Shown one piece after another: positions 1 to 8,351 of a stretch of 64,000 nt of DNA. A model generated the notes under the pieces. That model did not search any database. It saw only the letters and a list, made by a program, of their open reading frames with translations, and was not told where the DNA came from. The DNA comes from Candidatus Magasanikiibacteriota bacterium (GTDB taxonomy: Bacteria; Patescibacteriota; Patescibacteriia; Magasanikbacterales; GWA2-37-8), in NCBI GenBank assembly GCA_026396515.1, contig JAPLWQ010000002.1:257230-321229 (forward strand), read 5' to 3'. The translations under genes and the position numbers were made by a program. Position 1 is the stretch's first letter. Each line of letters starts with the position of its first letter.

Positions 1-49
1 GCCAAATTCCGTTACGGCATCGTAAGGGTAATGTTCTAAAGTGCGGTAG

Positions 50-772
50 CTAGTGCCGGGTCGAGGCAGCGCGTCGGCGGTTGCGCTCGTCCGCTCCGGT
101 GAGCGTCTTCAGGTCGGGCCAGGCGTCGCCCGTGATCTTGCAGAGGGCATTGAGCTGGCGGGTGGGAATGTTATCCACGCACGCGCCGAGGTCGAAGCGC
201 CACTTGATCACCGGGTGTCTGGTCGTTTTTTCCAGCCCGAACACCTTGCGGGCGTTGCTCACCGGGTTGGATCCCCGGGCGAAGGGCTTGACCACCTGGT
301 TGAAAAATTCCGCTTCGTCGATGAGCACTGCCGGACAGTCGGGCACGGTCATCTGCACCGCCGCAATCAGTTTGCTGAGAGTGTCGGCTGCAGTCATCCG
401 TCGCACGATTGGTGAATTGGGGCGAAAGATGGATTCGAGGAGCCTACGTTGGCTGTTCTCGGCTTTGTCCGAGAAAGCCTTCATATTGAACCTCCACTTC
501 ACCGGACCGCCATCGTGTTTGGCGAGGCCGGGGATCTTACGGTAGCCGCCGTTCGCCATCGCGTTCTTGCCGGAGATCCGGCTGACGAATTGGCAGAAGA
601 AGAGATCTTCACAGACGTAGAGCACTTCGGGCAGGCCGACGATTTCGACCCTGGGTTCGGCGCTTCCCATCACCTTGTTGGTGAGGTGGCAAACCACCCG
701 CTCCATCCGCATCCTCACTTCTTTTGCCAGCACTTTCCGCTTGATCGGTACGACCTTTCCTTGTCTATTCAT
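50..772 (-). CDS. Hypothetical GC-rich protein (240 aa from the internal ATG). It has an hhhIDEAEFF Walker-B-like motif but no P-loop. Looks foreign.
   Basis: Long ORF with high GC and GC3. An SD, GGAGAG, lies 4 nt before the ATG at 770-772; the ORF track's TTG start at 850 is less likely. No family recognised. Confidence 0.45.
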   Translation of the reverse strand: MNRQGKVVPIKRKVLAKEVRMRMERVVCHLTNKVMGSAEPRVEIVGLPEVLYVCEDLFFCQFVSRISGKNAMANGGYRKIPGLAKHDGGPVKWRFNMKAFSDKAENSQRRLLESIFRPNSPIVRRMTAADTLSKLIAAVQMTVPDCPAVLIDEAEFFNQVVKPFARGSNPVSNARKVFGLEKTTRHPVIKWRFDLGACVDNIPTRQLNALCKITGDAWPDLKTLTGADERNRRRAASTRH

Positions 773-911
773 CGTCTCTCCTTCCAGTTTGGCACTTTTG
801 CCTTTGTCTATGGGACCTTGAATCCTATCGCTTTTTTTGGATAATGTCAAGTCCTCGAGCCGCTACTTCAGCAAGTCGTTGAAGACCTTGCAGGGCGCCC
901 AAGTTTGGATA

Positions 912-1166
912 TTATCGCCAAAAACGCGCGGGGTCGAAAAGGAAGCGAATATGCGGAAATTTTCTGGAGCGGTAGAGGCGCAACCCGGGCAAGGGACTCG
1001 GAACATTTTTGTGGTTTGCGAACCGCTTGAAGAAATCACCCATTTTTGTATAGACCACGAACTTTTTGCCATCATGGTTTTGGCCGGCGATCTTTACTGT
1101 GTTGGACCTTCTGATGTCGACTGGCTCCTTGGTGATTCCGCAGGTGAAAATATAACGCTTTTTCAT
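912..1166 (-). CDS. Small hypothetical protein (84 aa)
   Basis: Strong SD, AAAGGAGAGAGG, precedes the ATG. It sits immediately upstream of the 50..772 ORF on the same strand. The overlapping plus-strand ORF 837..1223 lacks any such signal. Confidence 0.45.
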   Translation of the reverse strand: MKKRYIFTCGITKEPVDIRRSNTVKIAGQNHDGKKFVVYTKMGDFFKRFANHKNVPSPLPGLRLYRSRKFPHIRFLFDPARFWR

Positions 1167-1195
1167 TCCTCTCTCCTTTTGTTGTTGGCTCTTTC

Positions 1196-1232
1196 CCGTT
1201 TCTTAAAAAAATCGGCCGAATAAGTTCCGCCG
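1196..1232 (-). terminator. Putative intrinsic terminator at the end of the minus-strand tRNA operon
   Basis: Hairpin ATCGGCGG/CGGCCGAT followed by a T-run in minus orientation, downstream of tRNA-Pro and the tRNA fragment. Confidence 0.3.
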
Positions 1233-1239
1233 ATGTTTT

Positions 1240-1262
1240 TCGTCGAGGCGACAGGACTTGGC
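1240..1262 (-). repeat. Pseudo-tRNA fragment that duplicates the 3' end (T-arm plus acceptor) of tRNA-Pro
   Basis: tcgtcgaGgcgacaggacttgGcc versus the genuine tRNA-Pro 3' end tcgtcgGggcgacaggacttgAAcc at 1405-1428. The putative T-arm cannot pair, and the candidate 5' strand gives only a 66-nt molecule. Confidence 0.5.
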
Positions 1263-1408
1263 CTTGACTCTCGCGTGCTTCCGCTCGCTCGGCCTAGCCA
1301 CCGCCTCGCGGTCACGCCTCCCATCAAGTCGGCGTGACATCGCTCCGGCGTTCTCGTCCTGGCGCGAGCAAAACTATTTGCTCGCTTCGTCTCTCCTCAC
1401 TGCGTTCG

Positions 1409-1482
1409 TCGGGGCGACAGGACTTGAACCTGCGGCCTCCTGCTCCCAAAGCAGGCGCTCTAGCCAACTGAGCTACGCCCCG
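1409..1482 (-). tRNA. tRNA-Pro (anticodon TGG)
   Basis: Reverse complement folds as a cloverleaf: acceptor CGGGGCG/CGCCCCG, anticodon loop tTTGGGa, T-loop TTCAAGT. Confidence 0.85.
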
Positions 1483-1517
1483 TGGTAAAAAACCACCGTA
1501 ACAGCGGTGGTGTTTTT

Positions 1518-1592
1518 TGGTGCCGAGGGCGGGGATCGGACCCGCGACGCAAGGATTTTCAGTCCTTCGCTCTACCACTGAGCTACCTCGGC
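1518..1592 (-). tRNA. tRNA-Phe (anticodon GAA), CCA encoded
   Basis: Reverse complement gccgaggtagctcagtggtagagcgaaggactGAAaatcctt...cctcggcaCCA. D-loop AGTGGTA, anticodon loop cTGAAAa. Confidence 0.85.
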
Positions 1593-1643
1593 AAATATAT
1601 TGAAATTTGATTGCGACACGGATTGTCGTATTGCTCGTGGACC

Positions 1644-1670
1644 GACGGGGATTCGGCCTCGACTCAAATT
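1644..1670 (-). repeat. Duplicate of the tRNA-Ala 3' end (23 nt identical) with a homologous ~110-nt spacer
   Basis: gctcgtggaccgacggggattcg occurs at 1647-1669 and again in tRNA-Ala at 1782-1804. The spacer shares the block atcgctccgNcgttctcNtcc with the tRNA-Pro flank. Confidence 0.5.
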
Positions 1671-1785
1671 TTCTTCCGAAAATTTGGTCTGGCCACCGGC
1701 TCGCGATCGCGCTCATCAGCAAACTCGCGCAATATCGCTCCGCCGTTCTCATCCCCGCTCGCGACGCAAACCATTGCGTCGCTCG

Positions 1786-1858
1786 TGGACCGACGGGGAT
1801 TCGAACCCCGGACCTCCGCGTTGCAAACGCGGCGCTCTACCAGCTGAGCTATCGGCCC
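1786..1858 (-). tRNA. tRNA-Ala (anticodon TGC)
   Basis: Reverse complement gggccgatagctcagctggtagagcgccgcgttTGCaacgcgg...tcggtcca. The G3:U70 Ala identity pair is present. Confidence 0.85.
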
Positions 1859-1976
1859 ATATAATTTTACAAACTGGTTCGAACCGCCAACAATAAAGTA
1901 AGAGGATTATAGCATATTTTACGAAAAAGTCAATAAATGATACAATTACCACGAGTTAGTCATTAAACATAAATAT

Positions 1977-2933
1977 ATGGAGCATGGAGCTGTTTCACAG
2001 GAAAAAGCGTCGCCCAAGCACGTTTTTCTGCATTTATTTGTCATCGTCGTGCTATATTACAGCACGGTTAATTTTTTGATATTGCTTTTCCAGTATATCA
2101 ACTACTTAATTCCGGATCTATTATCTCAGACGGACTACTACCAGATGATGTTCAGTTCCAGCTTGATCAGATTCGCCATTGCCTCGTTAATAATCGTTTT
2201 TCCGGTTTTTATTTTAACTTCCAGATATTTGAATAAAAGCTATGTCAAAAGTCCGGCCATCCGCGAGATGCGCATCAGAAAATGGCTGATCTATTTCACC
2301 CTATTTGTGGCCGCCCTGGTTATCATTGGTGATTTGGTGCAAATCATTTTAACTTTTTTACAAGGTGAAATGACCACCAGATTTATTCTGAAAGCACTGT
2401 CAGTTTTGTTTGTCGCTGCAATAATTTTTTACTATTATTTGCGTGATCTGAAACAAGAGAAGCCGGTGAAATCGACGAAATATTTTGTTTGGGCGATTAT
2501 TGTTATTGTCACGGCTTCCGTTGTAGCCGGATTTTTTATTATCGGATCGCCGAAAACAGAACGCCTGCGCCGTTTTGATCTTGAGCGCGTAGTACGTCTC
2601 CAAGACATCCAAGGACAAATCATCAATTATTGGAGAAGCAAGGAATATTTGCCTGGAAAGTTGGCTGATGTAGAAGATAAAATTAGCGGTTTTGTCGTGT
2701 CGACAGATCCGGAAAACAATACGCCGTTCGAATACACCGTCAAGGGGCCGGAGACATTCGAATTGTGCGCCACGTTTAATTTGGTAAGCGAAGAGAATGT
2801 GGTGAATCCGTCTGTAGAGACAATGCCAGCTTCGAAATCCGGTTTAGAGAGTTGGAAACACGGAGCGGGCAAAACTTGTTTTGAACGGACGATTGACAAA
2901 GAGCTCTATCCTCCGTATCAGAAAATTAAATAG
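1977..2933 (+). CDS. Hypothetical integral membrane protein (318 aa): N-terminal multi-TM region and a C-terminal soluble domain
   Basis: Hydrophobic helices in the translation; no recognised motif. Confidence 0.55.
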   Translation: MEHGAVSQEKASPKHVFLHLFVIVVLYYSTVNFLILLFQYINYLIPDLLSQTDYYQMMFSSSLIRFAIASLIIVFPVFILTSRYLNKSYVKSPAIREMRIRKWLIYFTLFVAALVIIGDLVQIILTFLQGEMTTRFILKALSVLFVAAIIFYYYLRDLKQEKPVKSTKYFVWAIIVIVTASVVAGFFIIGSPKTERLRRFDLERVVRLQDIQGQIINYWRSKEYLPGKLADVEDKISGFVVSTDPENNTPFEYTVKGPETFELCATFNLVSEENVVNPSVETMPASKSGLESWKHGAGKTCFERTIDKELYPPYQKIK

Positions 2934-2940
2934 GCCATTT

Positions 2941-3020
2941 CGGGGTATATTATCGTCGCTCGTTCGGAAAAATAAAACGAAGTTTAATTTTTCTTTCACT
3001 CCACTAGATAATAGAAATTA
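2941..3020 (+). repeat. Copy A of an ~80-nt intergenic repeat element (cgg.gtat.ttatc..cgc.tcg.tcggaaaaa...ttt..tttttct.tcact...ct.gataata.aaa)
   Basis: About 80% identical to 30850-30927. It lies between a gene stop and the mgtC-like start codon. Confidence 0.5.
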
Positions 3021-3022
3021 TT

Positions 3023-3481
3023 ATGCAATATTTTTCCTGGGATAGCATTCTGCCGCAGGTATATTTCATCGGTCAGGTAATTCTTGCCGTTATTTTGGGC
3101 GGAGCAGTTGGCTGGCAAAGAGAGATAAGGGGGAAAGCGGCCGGGGCGCGCACTTACGCTCTGGTAACCGGCGGCTCGGCACTATTTACGATTTTATCAA
3201 TTAGTGCTTTTCCGGCTGACCCGGCAAGAGTTTCCGCTCAAATAATTACCGGCATCGGTTTTCTAGGTGCCGGGGCGATATTGCACAAAGAGAGTAGAAT
3301 TGTAGGTCTTACCACAGCTGCCGGACTTTGGATTTCAGCGGCGATCGGCATGGCAGTCGGATTGAGATATTATTTTTTAGCGGTAGTAGGGACGCTGGTT
3401 GTATTGGCGGTGCTGATGATAAATGAAAAAAAGATCGCCCATGTGGACGACTTGCATCAAGATGAAATTGAAGAGGCCTAG
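3023..3481 (+). CDS. mgtC: MgtC/SapB family membrane protein
   Basis: MgtC-family N-terminal signature (GGAVGWQREIRGKAAGARTYALV) and hydrophobic profile. Confidence 0.8.
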   Translation: MQYFSWDSILPQVYFIGQVILAVILGGAVGWQREIRGKAAGARTYALVTGGSALFTILSISAFPADPARVSAQIITGIGFLGAGAILHKESRIVGLTTAAGLWISAAIGMAVGLRYYFLAVVGTLVVLAVLMINEKKIAHVDDLHQDEIEEA

Positions 3482-3484
3482 AAG

Positions 3485-3515
3485 TAAAAAAACAGCGCTA
3501 AGACGCTGTTTTTTC
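3485..3515. terminator. Bidirectional intrinsic terminator
   Basis: Hairpin CAGCG-ctaaga-CGCTG flanked by an A-run and a T-run. It overlaps the stop codon of the convergent minus-strand gene. Confidence 0.45.
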
Positions 3516-4769
3516 TTTGGATAAATTACTGGCGATGATTACAATCGCCGCAGTGATGATCCAAAATATCATCGCCAAGTCGTTCTTAAAATAAGGGACG
3601 TCAACTAAGCCGTGAACGGCGAAAGCGGTTAAAGCGCCGGCAATTGCCGCGCCAAATAAGCGATTTTTTTTGAATATATTCGCGGCGAGATAAAAAAGAT
3701 ATATCAAAATGCCGACAAATGATAATACGCCGAGCAAACCGGTCTCCAGCCAAAAGTTTAAAAAGATATTGTGCGGATAAATCAGCCGTTCCATTTCCTG
3801 AACATTATAATATGGTTGTTGCACTTCGGTGAAAAATCGGCGCAGGCCTGAGCCGAGAATAAAGTTAGTCGGAGTTTTTGTCAGGTATTCTGTTGAATAT
3901 TTCCAAAGAGTGAGCCGGTTCTGGCCTGCCTGATCTTGAAAAAGGAAAGCATTCCGGATGTTTGGCGCAAGCGCGAGAGTAAAAATAATAATAACAAGAA
4001 CAGAGGCGGTAAGACGGCGTTGGCCGAATAAGAAGCCGAATACAATTAAGCCGGCGACAATAGCCGCCCAGGCGCCCTGTGAAAAAGATAAAAGGACAGC
4101 AAGAACACCCGCGAGCAATATTGACATCATCCACCAATCACCCGGTTCGCGTTTTTTTTGGATGATGCGAGCGGCTGCCGGCGCAAGCAAAATCAGTATC
4201 GGCACCAGATATAATCCGATGGCGTTGGGAGTGGTGAAAAAAGATGTCGGTCGTCCGAATAATTGATCATCCCATAAACTGGGCGGGTAAAAATGGCCTG
4301 TAATTTTTTGGATAATAGCCATAAGCGACACGCCAACGGATGACCAGGCCAAAAATTTTAACAAATCTTTCGGTGGAATTTCCTTGTGCCGGCCGATCAA
4401 TATTAAAAACAATATTATTGGCTCAAGAAAATAGGCACGCCAAATGCCCAGCGCTTTTAAAGGAATTGGATTCGCGAAAGCAGCGATTAGCGAAGCAAAG
4501 AAAAAAATAAAAATTAGCGCAAATAACGCCCGGTATTGTAAGAAAAAACTTTTTATTACTTCCCAGTCACTTCGAAAGTATCTTACCAGCCAGACCAGGG
4601 CGATTGAGCCAAAAGAAATTTCCAGAAGCGTGGATGGCAGCGGCCCGAGATTGAAACGGATTAAATATCCGGGTAGAAGTAATAATAACAAACATACCGC
4701 GTAGCGAAAGTTTACCCAGGCTAGGCAGATAAAGAAAGCAAAAAATGCCGCCACCAAGAAAAATTCCAT
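3498..4769 (-). CDS. Polytopic membrane protein, O-antigen ligase / Wzy-like (423 aa)
   Basis: About 10-12 TM helices with a larger loop, resembling the O-antigen ligase family. No catalytic motif verified. Confidence 0.4.
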   Translation of the reverse strand: MEFFLVAAFFAFFICLAWVNFRYAVCLLLLLLPGYLIRFNLGPLPSTLLEISFGSIALVWLVRYFRSDWEVIKSFFLQYRALFALIFIFFFASLIAAFANPIPLKALGIWRAYFLEPIILFLILIGRHKEIPPKDLLKFLAWSSVGVSLMAIIQKITGHFYPPSLWDDQLFGRPTSFFTTPNAIGLYLVPILILLAPAAARIIQKKREPGDWWMMSILLAGVLAVLLSFSQGAWAAIVAGLIVFGFLFGQRRLTASVLVIIIFTLALAPNIRNAFLFQDQAGQNRLTLWKYSTEYLTKTPTNFILGSGLRRFFTEVQQPYYNVQEMERLIYPHNIFLNFWLETGLLGVLSFVGILIYLFYLAANIFKKNRLFGAAIAGALTAFAVHGLVDVPYFKNDLAMIFWIITAAIVIIASNLSKEKTAS

Positions 4770-4816
4770 ATTGAATACTCGTTAATTTTTTGCTATAATA
4801 ACAAAAAATTAGCGTA

Positions 4817-5605
4817 TTGTCCAATATGAAAAAACAACCGAAAATAGGGTTAGCTCTTGGCAGTGGTGCGGCCAGAGGGTTGTCTCACATAGGAGTGTTA
4901 AAAGTGCTTGAACGAAATAGCATCCCGATTGATTATATTTCCGGATCATCCATCGGTGCAGTAATCGGCGCGCTGTATTCTGTGACGCGCAATGTAGGAC
5001 AAATGGAAAAAATCGTCAATTCGGCCGATTGGAAGCTTTTTCTATCCCTGCTTGATCCCAGCCTGTCGCAGGGTTTATTGCGCGGTAAAAAGATTAGGAA
5101 ATTTATTTTTGATTTTTTGGGTACTGCAGATTTTAAAGATTTAAAAATTCCGATTGTTATTGCAGCTACTGATTTGAATACGGGTGAAACTATTTACCTG
5201 GAAAACGGTGATCTGTGCGATGCAATAATGGCCTCCTGCGCCATTCCGCTAATTTTTCAGCCGATAAAACTGGGCGGCAGAGCCTTGGTTGATGGCGGCT
5301 TGTCAGCGCCGTTGCCAATTAAAGTTCTTAAGAATATGGGCGCTGGCAAGATAATCGCGGTTAATTTAGATGGCGATTTTTTTACCAGAAGGAAGGAAAA
5401 GTTTTCAGTGGGCGAATTGGCCTGGCAATCAATAAATTTATTGCGTTACCATCTTGCGGAACGGGATGCCGTTGAAGCCGACGTACTGGTCGTTCCGGAG
5501 GTTGGCGATATCTGGGGCCATGAGTTTCTCAATGGAAAGAAAGCTATTGCCGCCGGCGAAAAAGCGGCGCAAAAAGTTTTGCCGGGAATTAAGAAATTAA
5601 TATAA
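4817..5605 (+). CDS. Patatin-like phospholipase (RssA-like)
   Basis: GxGxxG oxyanion motif (GSGAARG), GxSxG nucleophile elbow (GSSIG) and a DGG catalytic Asp motif. Confidence 0.8.
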   Translation: MSNMKKQPKIGLALGSGAARGLSHIGVLKVLERNSIPIDYISGSSIGAVIGALYSVTRNVGQMEKIVNSADWKLFLSLLDPSLSQGLLRGKKIRKFIFDFLGTADFKDLKIPIVIAATDLNTGETIYLENGDLCDAIMASCAIPLIFQPIKLGGRALVDGGLSAPLPIKVLKNMGAGKIIAVNLDGDFFTRRKEKFSVGELAWQSINLLRYHLAERDAVEADVLVVPEVGDIWGHEFLNGKKAIAAGEKAAQKVLPGIKKLI

Positions 5606-5609
5606 GTAT

Positions 5610-6353
5610 ATGACAGTATTGCTTTGGATATTGCTAACTACATTCATTATTAGCGCCTGCTCCTTGGTTGGTGTTTTTACTTTGAGCATGAAAGACGCGG
5701 TGTTAAACAAAATTCTCATGCGCCTGGTAGCGCTGTCGTCCGGCGCTTTGCTCGGCGGTGCTTTCTTGCATTTGATGCCTGAAGGTGTGGCGCTGTTAAA
5801 CGTTAAATTATTTTTTTCGCTTGTCCTTGCCGCAATTCTTTTCTATCTGCTAATTGAAAAGATCTTACACTGGCGCCATTGTCATAAAGGCGGGGGTTGC
5901 GATACACACCACTCAATGGGCTATATGAACCTGATCGGTGATTCGGTGCATAATTTTATCGATGGTCTTGTCATTGCCGGCGCTTTTGTGGTGGATATTC
6001 GCCTTGGTTTGATTACGGCCGTGGCCATGGCACTGCATGAAATACCCCAGGAAATTGGCGATTTTGGAGTTCTAATATATTCCGGTTTTACAAAAAAACG
6101 CGCCTTATTCCTGAATTTTCTGACTGCGCTTACGACTGTTGTCGGCGGTTTATTTGGTTGGTTTCTTTCCCGATATTCAATAGGAATAGAGAAATACTTA
6201 TTACCGATTGCGGCCGGCGGCTTTATTTATATTGCAGCAAGTGATTTACTGCCCGAATTACGGAAAAATTTAAGTTTAAAAAGTTTTTTTATTGATTTCC
6301 TTTTCATGCTTGGAGGTGTTTGTGTGATATTGTTCGTCAGCTTGATAGAATAG
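5610..6353 (+). CDS. zupT: ZIP-family metal transporter (ZupT-like)
   Basis: HNFIDGLVIA and HEIPQEIGDFGVL signature motifs; 8 TM profile. Confidence 0.8.
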   Translation: MTVLLWILLTTFIISACSLVGVFTLSMKDAVLNKILMRLVALSSGALLGGAFLHLMPEGVALLNVKLFFSLVLAAILFYLLIEKILHWRHCHKGGGCDTHHSMGYMNLIGDSVHNFIDGLVIAGAFVVDIRLGLITAVAMALHEIPQEIGDFGVLIYSGFTKKRALFLNFLTALTTVVGGLFGWFLSRYSIGIEKYLLPIAAGGFIYIAASDLLPELRKNLSLKSFFIDFLFMLGGVCVILFVSLIE

Positions 6354-6361
6354 CAGATTCA

Positions 6362-6937
6362 TTATAGTAATTGGCGGCCGGCTTCGCGCAGGGCCGCTTT
6401 TCTTTTTTTATAATCGGGGATCGCGCGCGCTACCAAAGACCAAAAATGATGAGAGTGGTTCATCTCGCCAAGATGACAGATCTCGTGGACAATCAAATAA
6501 TCCAGAAGATTTTCAGGCAGATAAATTAAGCGAAAATTAAAACTCAAGTTGCCTTTGGATGAGCACGACCCCCAGCGCGTCGATTGATTGCGGATAAATA
6601 TTTTTTTCGGATGCAGGTTATATACGCCGCAAAATTGCGTCAGTTTATGACGCACTGTTTGAGCGGCCAATTTTTTATTTTTTTGAAAGTCCAGTTTAGC
6701 AATAATTACTCTTTGTTTATCCTCCGGCTGGCATTTGGCCAAAGTGGCTATGACCCACTTCTTCTTTTCTAATAGGAATTTTCTAATAAATTTTTGCGTT
6801 ACAAACCGCGGCGCACTTATAGTTATGCGTCCATTTGAGTGAACCAAAATACGAACCTGGCGCGCTCGGCGGTTCTTTTTTATCACGTATTTTATGGTTT
6901 GGCCCTGGAGTTCAAGATGTTCACTCATAGTGGGCAT
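6362..6937 (-). CDS. YgjP/DUF45-like metal-dependent hydrolase (M48/WLM-like, HExxH)
   Basis: C-terminal HEICHLGEMNHSHHFW motif typical of the YgjP family. Confidence 0.65.
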   Translation of the reverse strand: MPTMSEHLELQGQTIKYVIKKNRRARQVRILVHSNGRITISAPRFVTQKFIRKFLLEKKKWVIATLAKCQPEDKQRVIIAKLDFQKNKKLAAQTVRHKLTQFCGVYNLHPKKIFIRNQSTRWGSCSSKGNLSFNFRLIYLPENLLDYLIVHEICHLGEMNHSHHFWSLVARAIPDYKKRKAALREAGRQLL

Positions 6938-7042
6938 ATTTTAGCAGAAATAGGCCGATGAGCCAAATCTCGACCCTTTATAATCCCAAAGAGCTGTGAG
7001 GGGTTGATTTTTTCGTGAAAATGTGCTAAAATACGGCAAATT

Positions 7043-7126
7043 GGAGAGGTGTCTGAGTGGTCGAAAGTGCGGCTCTCGAAAAGCCGTGTCCCGCAAGGGA
7101 CCGTGGGTTCGAATCCCACCCTCTCC
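7043..7126 (+). tRNA. tRNA-Ser (anticodon CGA)
   Basis: ggagagg...cctctcc acceptor stem, anticodon loop cTCGAaa, long variable arm. Confidence 0.8.
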
Positions 7127-7137
7127 GCTCGCGCCTT

Positions 7138-7225
7138 TGGAAGGGTGGCTGAGCGGTCGAAAGCGACAGTCTTGAAAACTGTTGACCATGAAAGTGGTCC
7201 GTGAGTTCGAATCTCACCCCTTCCG
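7138..7225 (+). tRNA. tRNA-Ser (anticodon TGA)
   Basis: ggaaggg...cccttcc acceptor stem, anticodon loop cTTGAaa, long variable arm. Confidence 0.8.
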
Positions 7226-7235
7226 CGCATGAAAA

Positions 7236-7262
7236 ATACTCTATACAAAAGAGTGTTTTTTA
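7236..7262 (+). terminator. Terminator after the tRNA-Ser pair
   Basis: ACTCT-atacaaa-AGAGT hairpin plus a T-tract. Confidence 0.35.
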
Positions 7263-7354
7263 TATATGATAGTATGGCAAAGTGCCCCCCGCAATAAAAT
7301 ATCTTTTTGAAAACTATTAACAGATAAAATTTATCAACATATCATAAGTAATTT

Positions 7355-8341
7355 ATGAAACTGAAAATTTGTATTTTGATGTTGACCCTTATTTTTTTAA
7401 CCGGCTGCACAAAGAAAAACATGATAACTGTGTCTGACGGCAAAGGCGGTTTTATACAAGTTGAAGATACGTCGGGCAATAATGAAGAGAAGGCAAAAAA
7501 AGGCGACATTAGTACTGATATCTGCCAGGAATTTACGCCGGATTTTGTCTATTCAGTAATACATAAGCCAATTGTCAGAGTTGAACCATCGCCACTCGCC
7601 ACTGTTTATGCTTGTGATTATTTTACTGATTACAAGGAAGATTTTTATAAAGATGCCAAATATAATTTTGTTGGTCCGGGCGGTCCGAGCATTTCAATTG
7701 TTTTGGACAACTTGAATGTTGAAAGACAAAAAGAAGCCCGCAAGTATTTGGGTATGACTTTAGGCACAAGTTCTAAAGTAAACATGGAGAATATCGTCAG
7801 TTATCGCGAGGACAAAAGCATATGGTCGGTTGATTTAATAATTAATCCCGATCGTTTTGTCTGGGCGAATTATTCACACAAAGCGATCACCGACGATGAA
7901 CTGATAACTTTGGCCGCCGCTATGGCTGATAAAATCCAGGGCCGTTTAGAAATTAAAATTGAAAAAAATCCTATTGATTTAGCCAAAGAAAAAGAAAAGT
8001 CTCTGGGAGAGAGCCAGGAGAAAATGGTCAACCAATTTTTTGGTTATCTTTCCGGTAAAAAAATATCGGAGGCGATTGCGATGATGGACGCTAATGATGA
8101 CACAAAACAGGGCTGGGGTGTAAATTTTAACACAATAAATAGTTTAACGGTCAAGTCCTGCGCTGAAGATATGAAGGATGATTGGACAGCCGATCGGCAA
8201 AGATTTATATGCGAATTAGATGTGTCAGTTAAGCCAGAAGGCGAACAGATGGGTTGGAATCAGGGCGCTAATACCCGTTGGATTATGATGACTAAAACTA
8301 ATGGTAAGTGGTGGCTGCACGAATTTGCCAATAATCCATAA
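7355..8341 (+). CDS. Hypothetical lipoprotein (328 aa)
   Basis: Signal peptide with lipobox LTGC; hydrophilic mature part with no recognised domain. Confidence 0.55.
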   Translation: MKLKICILMLTLIFLTGCTKKNMITVSDGKGGFIQVEDTSGNNEEKAKKGDISTDICQEFTPDFVYSVIHKPIVRVEPSPLATVYACDYFTDYKEDFYKDAKYNFVGPGGPSISIVLDNLNVERQKEARKYLGMTLGTSSKVNMENIVSYREDKSIWSVDLIINPDRFVWANYSHKAITDDELITLAAAMADKIQGRLEIKIEKNPIDLAKEKEKSLGESQEKMVNQFFGYLSGKKISEAIAMMDANDDTKQGWGVNFNTINSLTVKSCAEDMKDDWTADRQRFICELDVSVKPEGEQMGWNQGANTRWIMMTKTNGKWWLHEFANNP

Positions 8342-8351
8342 AGTAAATTAA

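Noticed and set aside
1-850. Thymidine-kinase assignment for the 50..772 protein, based on the V-L-IDEAEFF motif
   Set aside because: TK-like Walker B (IDEAQFF) is present, but no N-terminal P-loop (GxMxSGKS/T) and no C-terminal zinc ribbon. Left as hypothetical.
837-1223. Plus-strand 128-aa ORF
   Set aside because: It overlaps the minus-strand 84-aa ORF 912..1166, which has a textbook SD (AAAGGAGAGAGG). The plus ORF lacks any RBS and has poor coding character.
1258-1896. ORF-track entries 1258..1488(+), 1324..1752(-), 1600..1896(+), 1607..1864(+), 1611..1847(+) and 1749..1952(-), plus a weak protein-level similarity between two of them (GLATxSRSR...IAPxFSS)
   Set aside because: They overlap or lie antisense to three well-formed tRNA genes and their GC-rich spacers. 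The similarity is explained by the DNA-level repeat of the tRNA flanks, not by coding selection.
6925-7248. Three minus-strand ORFs (107, 82 and 63 aa) in the 6925-7248 region
   Set aside because: They are antisense to the tRNA-Ser(CGA)/tRNA-Ser(TGA) pair and are GC-rich because of the tRNAs. No RBS is present.
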